64,000 nt of DNA from an uncultured Chthonomonadaceae bacterium (GTDB lineage Bacteria; Armatimonadota; Chthonomonadetes; Chthonomonadales; Chthonomonadaceae), in the NCBI GenBank assembly GCA_963817895.1, contig CAWFQB010000002.1:32001-96000 (forward strand), read 5' to 3'. Below are positions 33,364-41,277 of the stretch, piece by piece. Numbering within the stretch: position 1 is the first letter of the stretch; every line of letters starts with the position of its first letter. Below the pieces are notes generated by a model that ran no database searches, was not told the origin of the DNA, and saw nothing but the letters and a program-made list of their open reading frames with translations. The position numbers and the translations under genes are program-made.

Positions 33364-33473
33364 GGGACACAACATCTTATGTTCGCCAACTGTGGGTTAC
33401 GGGGCGGTAGGCGACGCGGCAGAGGACGCGGACAATGGCTCTGCCGAATTTACAGCGACATCGCCGCGCTTGC

Positions 33474-33854
33474 TCATCCTGTAGATATCTGCACGGGCTG
33501 ATTTTCATGCAACTGCGCGAATTGGCGAACGCTGTTGACCTTGTACAATCCGCCTCGAAAGCGCACGTTGATAAACCCGTCGCCCTCTTGTTTCAGCCCG
33601 CCCTCCACGTTCGTCGGCTGCACAATCATCGCCACCGTTGCAATTCCCCGTTGCGGAACCGCGCCCTGAAAATTACTCTTGCGGAAATGGCGCAGTACAG
33701 GATCGGCAGCCAGAAAACACACAAATACAACCGTGCCGAACACCACAAGAACGCCGCGCACCCACTTCTGCTGCGGCGTTACGGGACGGCGCGACGCGCC
33801 CCTGTCATTGCTGTCGCGCTGCGTAGACCCAACCAATTTTTGAACTGAAGTCAT
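33474..33854 (-). CDS. Hypothetical single-TM protein (3' end possibly frameshifted)
   Basis: RBS AGGAG; one TM helix (WVRGVLVVFGTVVFVCFLAA). Confidence 0.5.
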   Translation of the reverse strand: MTSVQKLVGSTQRDSNDRGASRRPVTPQQKWVRGVLVVFGTVVFVCFLAADPVLRHFRKSNFQGAVPQRGIATVAMIVQPTNVEGGLKQEGDGFINVRFRGGLYKVNSVRQFAQLHENQPVQISTG

Positions 33855-33975
33855 TGCCTCAATCTCCTGTGAAACTTACCTTTCTATTATACCTGTTCCG
33901 TCAAGTGAGAGGAGGCAAAATGCGCCGCGCCTCGCTTCCTGTTTCGCCGCATCCCGCGCGGTATGCTATACTGAA

Positions 33976-34107
33976 AGGTAGAGGGTAGATAGGTAGATAA
34001 GTAGACGGTAGAAACTACCGCCTGCCAAAAGTTTTGCGCAAGAATACAGCAGACAAGAGTAGCCGAATCACCTACCTATTTACCCTCTACCCATCTACCT
34101 ATCTACT
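33976..34107. repeat. Inverted arrays of degenerate (AGGTAGA)n ... (TCTACCT)n
   Basis: Visible in the ispG leader. Confidence 0.65.
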
Positions 34108-34123
34108 ATTGAGAGGTTTTCCT

Positions 34124-35422
34124 ATGTCTTTACCGGATGTTTCTTATAGCCGCCGTCCCACCCGCGCCGTTCGCGTGGGCGACATTTATATTGGTGGGGC
34201 GCACCCCGTTGTCGTACAGTCCATGATTACCGAGGAGACGCATAACGTCCCCTCCGCTGTGGAGCAGATCATTGCCATGCACAAGGCGGGCAGTGAAATC
34301 GTGCGGGTCACCACGCCCAATCTGGCGGAAGCGCGGTGTCTGGCGGAAATCAAGGCGCGGCTCAAGCAACAATATATGGATGTGCCGCTCGTGGCGGATG
34401 TGCATCATCAGGGCAGCGATATTGCCGTCGAGGTGGCGAAGTATGTGGACAAAATCCGCATCAATCCCGGCCTGTTCGTGTTCCGCAAGCGCATTGCGCG
34501 GACGCTGGACTACTCCCCTCTGGAAGTGGAAGAGGAGCAGGCGGCGATTGAAAAAGAACTGTTGCCCGTTATCAACGCCTGCAAACAGCGCGACCTTGCC
34601 ATGCGGATTGGCGTCAATCACGGCAGCCTTGCCGAACGCCTGACCGTGATGTACGGCGACACGCCCGAAGGCATGGTGCAGTCCGCTATCGAGTACATTC
34701 AGATTTGCGAACGGCACGATTACCGCAACATTGTTATCTCGCTGAAAGCGAGCCGCGTCCCCGTGATGCTGCAAGCCAACCGGCTGATGGCGCAGCGCAT
34801 GGCTGAGTTGAGTATGGATTACCCGCTGCATTTGGGCGTGACGGAAGCGGGCAGCGGGCAGTACGCGCGCATCAAAAGCACGGCAGGCATCGGCACGCTG
34901 TTGGCTGAAGGTATTGGCGATACGATTCGCGTGTCCCTGTCGGAAGACCCGGTGGAAGAACTCCCCGCCTGCTACGACATTTTGCAGGCGTTGGGCATCC
35001 GGCGCACCAAAGTAGAACTGATTTCGTGTCCCTCGTGCGGGCGCACGAAGTTCGATCTGCCCATTGTGGCGAACTGGGTCGAGTCGGCAGTGAAGCACCT
35101 GGCGGGCAATCTGACGGTTGCGGTCATGGGCTGCATCGTGAACGGGCCGGGCGAAATGGCGGACGCGGATTACGGTTATGTTGGCAAAGCGGGCGGCAAA
35201 ATTTCGCTGTACCGGGGCCGCGAAGAGGTGAAAACCGGCATCCCGCAGGAAAACAGCATCGAGGAACTGGTCAACCTCATCAAATCCGACGGCAAATGGA
35301 TACAGCCGCACGAGGGCTGGCAGATTCCCCCGCCGCCGCAAGCCCTGCGCGACCGCATCACCGTCGCCAGTGGTTCCGGCGCGAACAGCAGCGTCAACGT
35401 CATCCCGCTTGTCGTGAAGTAA
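34124..35422 (+). CDS. ispG: (E)-4-hydroxy-3-methylbut-2-enyl-diphosphate synthase
   Basis: [58 protein letters not shown]. Confidence 0.96.
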   Translation: MSLPDVSYSRRPTRAVRVGDIYIGGAHPVVVQSMITEETHNVPSAVEQIIAMHKAGSEIVRVTTPNLAEARCLAEIKARLKQQYMDVPLVADVHHQGSDIAVEVAKYVDKIRINPGLFVFRKRIARTLDYSPLEVEEEQAAIEKELLPVINACKQRDLAMRIGVNHGSLAERLTVMYGDTPEGMVQSAIEYIQICERHDYRNIVISLKASRVPVMLQANRLMAQRMAELSMDYPLHLGVTEAGSGQYARIKSTAGIGTLLAEGIGDTIRVSLSEDPVEELPACYDILQALGIRRTKVELISCPSCGRTKFDLPIVANWVESAVKHLAGNLTVAVMGCIVNGPGEMADADYGYVGKAGGKISLYRGREEVKTGIPQENSIEELVNLIKSDGKWIQPHEGWQIPPPPQALRDRITVASGSGANSSVNVIPLVVK

Positions 35423-35440
35423 GCGTGAAGCAGGAGCGCG

Positions 35441-36025
35441 ATGTACATAAGCGATGTCACAATGGGACAACTTGAGCGCGTCCTGACGAAATTCGATTTC
35501 GTCAGGCATGTTGTGTCCGGCCTGACGACTCCGGGGCCAGATGCGTGCCTCTATTTCGACAAGCCGAACAGCAAACATGCCTTCACATTCCCTGTATATG
35601 GGGAGCAGGAGCGTATCCCGTTGGTTCATGTTATGTCCACAGCCTCTTTTCTGGATGCTTGGGATTACATTGACCGGGCGGAATTCCCGAACCTGCTGAC
35701 GGAAGGCCGAGGCCCGCTTCCCTACAAGGAACTGCGGGCAATCACCCCGGCAGATTTCAGGAATGTGACCTATGCTATGCTCGAAGCAACGCTGCTGCGC
35801 TTCGGCTTTGTCAGGTTTGTAGCCCCGTCGGGACATTTCTGTTATGAGCATCCAGACGGCGCAACGGTCACAACGGGCAAGTTTGCGCCGGAACAGATTG
35901 CCCATGAAGTCCATGTATTGGGCGCGCGGTCTACTGTTGACAATTGGGGCATTGCGGAGCGGGAAACCTTCGAGAAGATGCTGGCGGAGTGCAGCGCAGG
36001 TTGTTTCCAATGTTGCTGTTCCTGA
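35441..36025 (+). CDS. Protein with two tandem HicA-like domains
   Basis: Internal repeat VT...LE.vL..F.FVR...; second domain SGHFCYEHP..VDNWGIAERETFEKML; homologous to 39473-39793. Fold assignment from recalled pattern only. Confidence 0.55.
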   Translation: MYISDVTMGQLERVLTKFDFVRHVVSGLTTPGPDACLYFDKPNSKHAFTFPVYGEQERIPLVHVMSTASFLDAWDYIDRAEFPNLLTEGRGPLPYKELRAITPADFRNVTYAMLEATLLRFGFVRFVAPSGHFCYEHPDGATVTTGKFAPEQIAHEVHVLGARSTVDNWGIAERETFEKMLAECSAGCFQCCCS

Positions 36026-36142
36026 ACCGGCGACGGCGTAGAACCCAATGCCGTATGAGGTTGAAAGCCGTATCAGAGTCGTGTAGAAGCCGCGCAAGAA
36101 GAGCCGTGCAATACGGTAGAGTCCGTGCAATGGCGCAAGCGT

Positions 36143-36194
36143 CCGTGCAATAAATTGCGCGGCTGTGATAACGAAACCCGCCTTCGCGGGTTGA
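36143..36194 (+). repeat. Left 52-bp REP-like inverted repeat of the Y1 transposase
   Basis: 47/52 identical to the reverse complement of 36675-36726; two internal hairpins. Confidence 0.85.
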
Positions 36195-36221
36195 GCGGGT
36201 AGAATTTGTTGTGGAGAAGAC

Positions 36222-36782
36222 ATGCCACGTTCTTGTTCGCACATCTATTTGCATTTTGTTTGGGCTACGTGGGACCGCTTGCCGCTCATCAAGCCGGAGT
36301 TGGAAGCGCAGGTATATGCCTGCATGTCGCAAAAATGCGAGGAACAACGCTGTAAACTGATTGCTATTGGCGGCACAGCCAATCATATTCACGCGCTCGT
36401 TCGTATCCGCGCTCTCTCATGCCCGATGGACATTGTCAAGAACATGAAGGGTACATCGTCACATCTAATGACGCATGTACTGATGCCCAACCATTTCTTC
36501 AAGTGGCAGGGTACGTATGGCGTTCGCAGTGTTGACCCGAATGGCGTGGAAACCGTTCGCGCCTATATTCGCAACCAGAAAGAACATCACGCCAACAACG
36601 ATGTCTGGCTCGAATGGGAACAGTGCATGGCCGAAGACGACGAGCCTGCGTTCGATTGGTCCTTGCCTCCACCTTCAGTCCGCGAAGGCGGACTTCGTTA
36701 CCACAGCCGCGCAATTTATTGCACGGCTCAGTCCTTCATCATTGAAACACATTCTGAATGTAACTCATTGAGCAAAGTATGA
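36222..36782 (+). CDS. tnpA: HUH Y1 transposase (IS200/TnpA-REP/RAYT type), no TnpB
   Basis: HFVWATWDR, GGTANHIHAL (HUH), KGTSS, FKWQGTY, YIRNQKEHH (catalytic Tyr). Confidence 0.9.
   Translation: MPRSCSHIYLHFVWATWDRLPLIKPELEAQVYACMSQKCEEQRCKLIAIGGTANHIHALVRIRALSCPMDIVKNMKGTSSHLMTHVLMPNHFFKWQGTYGVRSVDPNGVETVRAYIRNQKEHHANNDVWLEWEQCMAEDDEPAFDWSLPPPSVREGGLRYHSRAIYCTAQSFIIETHSECNSLSKV
36675..36726 (-). repeat. Right 52-bp REP-like inverted repeat (inside the tnpA 3' end)
   Basis: Reverse complement reads CCGTGCAATAAATTGCGCGGCTGTGGTAACGAAGTCCGCCTTCGCGGACTGA. Confidence 0.85.
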
Positions 36783-38155
36783 CATCTAAACCTTTCTCAG
36801 CATGGATAAAAGAGCAACGTGAAAAACGCAATCTTACACCCTCTGATTGCATGAAGAGAATCAATGACAAGTTCGGTACGAAATCGAACAGTAATGCGTG
36901 GTCAAACTGGGAAAGGCGAGATAACAAAGATAAAATTAATACTGAAAGAGTCCGTAAAGTCGCCTGTGGCCTACAAGTGTCGGAGGCTGAAGTTTTTGCT
37001 GCTGGAATGCCAGTAAGTGATGAAGTTTTATCGGGCAATACGCCTGATGTTGATAGCAATTATATTGAACCACTTGTGTCAAACTTGCCACTGGACAGTA
37101 TCCCGACGCGAATTGAAGCCGTGTTGGGGCGCAAGGGACAGGTGATTTTGAAGGGGCCGCCGGGAACGGGCAAAACGTATTGGGCGGAGATTGCGGCTCG
37201 TGAACTAGCTGCGCATTCTGCGTTCGGGAAGGCGTTTGACACGCTGACGCCGGAGGAGCGTACCGTTGTCAGTGGCGACAATACCAATATGGGACTTGTG
37301 CGCTGGTGCTGTTTTCATCCGGCTTACGGGTATGAGGATTTTCTGGAAGGGTATCGGCCTCACGCGCAGGATGGGCAGATGCTGTTTGAACTGCGCAATG
37401 GCATTTTCAAGACGCTATGTGAGGACGCCCACGCGAACCCGAACCATAATTTTTACCTGCTTGTGGATGAAATCAACCGGGGCGACATTCCGCGCATCTT
37501 CGGGGAACTGCTCACCATTCTGGAAAGCAACAAGCGAGGCAAAACGGTTGTCCTTCCCCTGAGCAAAACGCCGTTCGCCGTACCGAAAAATGTGTACGTG
37601 ATTGGAACGATGAACACGGCGGATCGTTCCATTGCCCTGCTTGACGCCGCCCTGCACAGGCGCTTCGGCTTTATCGAACTCATGCCCGACAGTTCCACAT
37701 TGGGGCTGGCGTTTATTGAAGGTATTCCTCTTGCGGCGTGGCTGGACGCGCTGAACGCCCGCATTTGCAAACACATCGGGCGCGATGCCCGCAACCTGCA
37801 AATTGGTCACTCCTACTTTCTGGAAAAAGGGCATCCCATACGCGACTTCGCCCATTTGCGCCGCGTGTTACGCGAAGACATTGTTCCCCTGCTGGAAGAA
37901 TACTGCTACGAAGATTACGCCGCGCTGGAAAAGATATTGGGCAGCGGTCTCGTGGATATGCAGAAGCAGCAGATACGCGAGGAGTTGTTTGATCCGGCGC
38001 GACAGGATGAATTAGTGACTGCGCTGTTGGAACCCTGTCCCGAAATCATCGCTACACCGCAGGCTGTAAAGATGGAAGCGGAAGCCGAAAACGAGGCGCA
38101 GGAACTTGATAACGAAGCCGAGGACGATATTGACACGATGGACGGCAGCGAATGA
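36779..38155 (+). CDS. mcrB: McrB-family AAA+ GTPase with an N-terminal XRE-like HTH
   Basis: GPPGTGKT, FHPAYGYEDF.EG, DEINRG, MNTADRS, GHSYF; N-terminus FSAWIKEQREKRNLT...WSNWER...KVACGLQV. Confidence 0.9.
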   Translation: MTSKPFSAWIKEQREKRNLTPSDCMKRINDKFGTKSNSNAWSNWERRDNKDKINTERVRKVACGLQVSEAEVFAAGMPVSDEVLSGNTPDVDSNYIEPLVSNLPLDSIPTRIEAVLGRKGQVILKGPPGTGKTYWAEIAARELAAHSAFGKAFDTLTPEERTVVSGDNTNMGLVRWCCFHPAYGYEDFLEGYRPHAQDGQMLFELRNGIFKTLCEDAHANPNHNFYLLVDEINRGDIPRIFGELLTILESNKRGKTVVLPLSKTPFAVPKNVYVIGTMNTADRSIALLDAALHRRFGFIELMPDSSTLGLAFIEGIPLAAWLDALNARICKHIGRDARNLQIGHSYFLEKGHPIRDFAHLRRVLREDIVPLLEEYCYEDYAALEKILGSGLVDMQKQQIREELFDPARQDELVTALLEPCPEIIATPQAVKMEAEAENEAQELDNEAEDDIDTMDGSE

Positions 38156-39471
38156 ATTTCCCGGTCAACATTCGGCTTGCTGAGTGGGAAACCCGGACGC
38201 CGCGAACAGACCCGACATTGCGCGATGTACGGCTTGTGGATAATGCCGATACGCGGCTTGTCGTAGCAAAACTGGCGCAGGCAGACATTCTCAACATCGT
38301 GGAACTGCGCGACGGATTGAGTATTCAGGCGTTTGCGCATGTCGGCAAAATCGAAATCGGCAATGTCGCCGTCACCATTCGCCCCAAAATACCCGCGCCC
38401 TCCCTGCTGCATCTGCTGCGCTACGCTTACGACCTGCGCAACCTTGACTTGTTCGCGGACACCACATTCGACAGCGAACCCGAAGCGTTTCAAGACCTGC
38501 TCCTGCATCAACTGGCGGAAGAAGCGGCGGAACTGCTGGCGCGGGGTTTGCATCGTCAATACCGGCGCACCGAGGAAGAGTTGGCGAGTCCGCGCGGCAG
38601 CCTCGACATGCGCAAACTGGCGCGAACAGGCGGCATGGTAAGCGCGACACTCCCCTGCGTCCACTATCCCCGTTCGCAAAACACGCTGCCCAATCAGGTA
38701 TTGCTCAGTGGCTTGCAATGGGGCGCGAATATGGCGCTATCGCCGCGCTTGAAAACGCGCCTGCATCGCCTTGCCGGAACCTTGCGCGAGGACATGACGC
38801 CCGCTCTCCTGAACCGCGAAACGTTTGCCCGCCTCCGCGCCCATTCCACGCGCCTGACCGCCGCCTACCGGCCCACCTTTACGCTCATCCAACTGTTGCT
38901 GGCAGGCGCGGGCATTCATCTGGAATCAGACGAAAACACGCTGCCATTGCCCGGTTTCTTGTTCGATATGAACCGTTTCTTTGAGGCTTTGCTGTCGAAG
39001 TTTTTGCGCGAAAATCTATCTGGTTATGTGGTTCGTGACCAAATGGCACTGCGCGGCGTGGTGGCGTACAATCCGTTGTATAATCCCCGTCGTCGTTCGG
39101 CGCGGTCGCCGCGCCCGGACTACATTGTTCTTAAGGGGAGCAAAACCGTCGCTATTCTGGACGCGAAGTATCGAGACTTGTGGGAAAAGCCCCTGCCGCG
39201 CGAAATGCTGTACCAACTCGCCATGTACGCCCTGCTTGGCGGCTGTCCGCAGGCAGCCGTGATTTTGTATCCGGCTTTCAACTCCGAAGCCTCAGAACAG
39301 CGCATAGATATTTGCGCCCCGCTTGCCGGGACGCGGCAGGCTCAGGTGATCTTGCGTCCTGTCCCCCTGAACCTGCTGGAACAAGCAACCCTGCAAACAA
39401 CAGGCGCACAGGCGCAACGCGTCCGAACCGCTCTGGCGCAAAAGTTTGCTTTTGGCGAACAGGAAGGGTAA
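38152..39471 (+). CDS. mcrC: McrC-family PD-(D/E)xK nuclease
   Basis: IRPKI, FLFDMNRFFE, RPDYIV..ILDAKYR, LYQLAMYA; ATGA overlap with mcrB. Confidence 0.9.
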   Translation: MNFPVNIRLAEWETRTPRTDPTLRDVRLVDNADTRLVVAKLAQADILNIVELRDGLSIQAFAHVGKIEIGNVAVTIRPKIPAPSLLHLLRYAYDLRNLDLFADTTFDSEPEAFQDLLLHQLAEEAAELLARGLHRQYRRTEEELASPRGSLDMRKLARTGGMVSATLPCVHYPRSQNTLPNQVLLSGLQWGANMALSPRLKTRLHRLAGTLREDMTPALLNRETFARLRAHSTRLTAAYRPTFTLIQLLLAGAGIHLESDENTLPLPGFLFDMNRFFEALLSKFLRENLSGYVVRDQMALRGVVAYNPLYNPRRRSARSPRPDYIVLKGSKTVAILDAKYRDLWEKPLPREMLYQLAMYALLGGCPQAAVILYPAFNSEASEQRIDICAPLAGTRQAQVILRPVPLNLLEQATLQTTGAQAQRVRTALAQKFAFGEQEG

Positions 39472-39472
39472 A

Positions 39473-39793
39473 ATGCGTAAACGCCGCACACGAGAACACA
39501 TCATTACCGTAACAATGGCTGCTCTTGAGCGCGTCCTGCTTGAACTTGGTTACATAAAGCGCGTTGTTGCGAACTCGCATCTGCGCTTCGAGCCGAGCGA
39601 ACAGCAGGGGGGCGTGATTTTGCTGCCGTTGTTCAAGGCTGATGAAGTGGTTCCGTCCATTGATCTGCTGATGGCGGAAGTCACTGTAGATAATTGGGGC
39701 ATTGCGGACCGGGAAACGTTCGAGCGTATGTTGTCGGAAAGCGTTCATCCGAAGACGCTGGCGAAGCCGGAGCCGGTGGAAGCCGCCGCATAG
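39473..39793 (+). CDS. HicA-like protein
   Basis: Starts 1 nt after the mcrC stop; LERVLLELGY..NSHLRF..LLP..VDNWGIADRETFERML. Confidence 0.55.
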   Translation: MRKRRTREHIITVTMAALERVLLELGYIKRVVANSHLRFEPSEQQGGVILLPLFKADEVVPSIDLLMAEVTVDNWGIADRETFERMLSESVHPKTLAKPEPVEAAA

Positions 39794-39812
39794 AAGGAAT
39801 ATTACGGAGTTT

Positions 39813-41075
39813 ATGAAGCGAACAGAGTTTACAGGGACTTTTCTGGCGTTCGGCGCGTTTGTCGCGCTTGCCGGATGCAGGCAGGCAGCCGTCTCGCCCG
39901 CGCCCGCGCCAAATTCCCTCGCCGTTTCGTCCGCAAAACCGGGGATGGGTTCCGCCGCGAAGCCAAACAGCGCAGCCGAAGCGGGCGCGACGGGAGAGAA
40001 CAGCGTTGCGCCCACTGCTGCGCCTGCTTCTGCCGATATGTTCGCTGTAACCGCAGGCGCAGTGCCGCCGCTTGTGGAAGCGCGGGACGTATACGCGGCA
40101 AACAGGCCGAACAATCTCAGCCCGTTCATGCGCAAAGTTCTCAATCGCGTGTACGTGCCGAACAGCGGCAGCAATACGGTAGACGTAATTGACGCGAATA
40201 CGTACCGGATTGTAGACCATTTCGCGGTGGGGAAACTGCCGCAGCACGTCACGCCCGCATGGGACATGAAAACGCTGTGGATTTCCAACGATTTAGGCAA
40301 CAGCCTTACGCCCGTCGATCCGGTTACGGGCGTTCACGGCAAACCTGTTTCTGTGGAAGACCCGTACAACCTGTATTTCACGCCGGATGGACGGTACGCG
40401 ATTGTGGTTTGCGAACGGTTCGAGCGGCTGGATTTTCGGGACGCGCATACCATGAAACTCGTCCATTCCCTGCACCTTCCCGGCAAGGGCGTGGATCACA
40501 TGGATTTTAGCCGGGACGGCAAGTATCTGATTGCGAGCTGCGAGTTTTCGGGCGACGTGGTAAAAGTGGATGTGGAACACCAAAAGGCGATGGGTTCGCT
40601 GAAATTGAAAACCGGCGGGATGCCGCAGGACGTAAAATTATCGCCAGACGGCAGCGTATTTTATGTGGCGGACATGATGAGCAATGGCGTGTGGCTCGTG
40701 GACGGCGACAAATTACAAAAAATCGGGTTTGTGACGACGGGCGGCGGGGCGCACGGCCTGTATCCGAGCCGCGATTCCAAAACGCTGTACGTGTCCAACC
40801 GGCACGAGGGATCAATAACCGTCCTCTCGTTCGCCACCCGCAAGCCGATTGCCAAATGGCGTATTCCGCATGGCGGCAGCCCGGATATGGGCAACGTGTC
40901 TTCGGATGGCAAAACGCTCTGGCTGTCTGGTCGCTACAATTCCGAGGTGTACGCCTTCGATACGAGTAACGGCAAACTCCGCGCCCGAATTCATGTCGGC
41001 AAAGGCCCGCACGGATTGTGCGTATACCCGCAGCCAGGACGGTATTCGTTGGGGCATACGGGTGTGTTTCGCTAA
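39813..41075 (+). CDS. YncE/YVTN beta-propeller lipoprotein
   Basis: Lipobox LAGC; YVPNSGSNTVDVID, DPYNLYFTPDG, GAHGLYPSRD, GRYSLGHTG. Confidence 0.85.
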   Translation: MKRTEFTGTFLAFGAFVALAGCRQAAVSPAPAPNSLAVSSAKPGMGSAAKPNSAAEAGATGENSVAPTAAPASADMFAVTAGAVPPLVEARDVYAANRPNNLSPFMRKVLNRVYVPNSGSNTVDVIDANTYRIVDHFAVGKLPQHVTPAWDMKTLWISNDLGNSLTPVDPVTGVHGKPVSVEDPYNLYFTPDGRYAIVVCERFERLDFRDAHTMKLVHSLHLPGKGVDHMDFSRDGKYLIASCEFSGDVVKVDVEHQKAMGSLKLKTGGMPQDVKLSPDGSVFYVADMMSNGVWLVDGDKLQKIGFVTTGGGAHGLYPSRDSKTLYVSNRHEGSITVLSFATRKPIAKWRIPHGGSPDMGNVSSDGKTLWLSGRYNSEVYAFDTSNGKLRARIHVGKGPHGLCVYPQPGRYSLGHTGVFR

Positions 41076-41181
41076 ACATCACGCAAGCAACGAAACAAAT
41101 TTCTTTGCTATGGGGCGTTCCGCCCAACGTCCGCTTGCGCGGACACAAACTGTTGTATTAAGGCGCGCTATTACACTACAT

Positions 41182-41262
41182 GTAGGGGCGCTGCTTGCTG
41201 CGCCCTACTTTATTGCTTGCTGCGCCATGCTTTGGGGAGGGTTCAGCAAGCAGAACCCCTAC
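41182..41262. repeat. GTAG-REP doublet (REPIN-like), opposite orientation to the copies at 5332 and 33256
   Basis: GTAGGGGCGCTGCTTGCTGCGCCC...GGGTTCAGCAAGCAGAACCCCTAC, between convergent genes. Confidence 0.85.
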
Positions 41263-41277
41263 ATGTATCTATCTGTT

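Noticed and set aside
36045..36200. CRISPR array
   Set aside because: Units are only ~9 nt with a ~20-nt period. I saw no 25-40-nt repeats with unique spacers, and no cas genes, anywhere in the window.
34130..36244. 704-aa minus-strand ORF (also 10950-12545, 42559-43806, 815-1783 and similar)
   Set aside because: Antisense shadows of well-supported genes in GC-rich DNA, with no motifs.
36222..36782. IS605/IS607 element with TnpB or omega-RNA
   Set aside because: No RuvC/TnpB ORF follows; the next gene is McrB.
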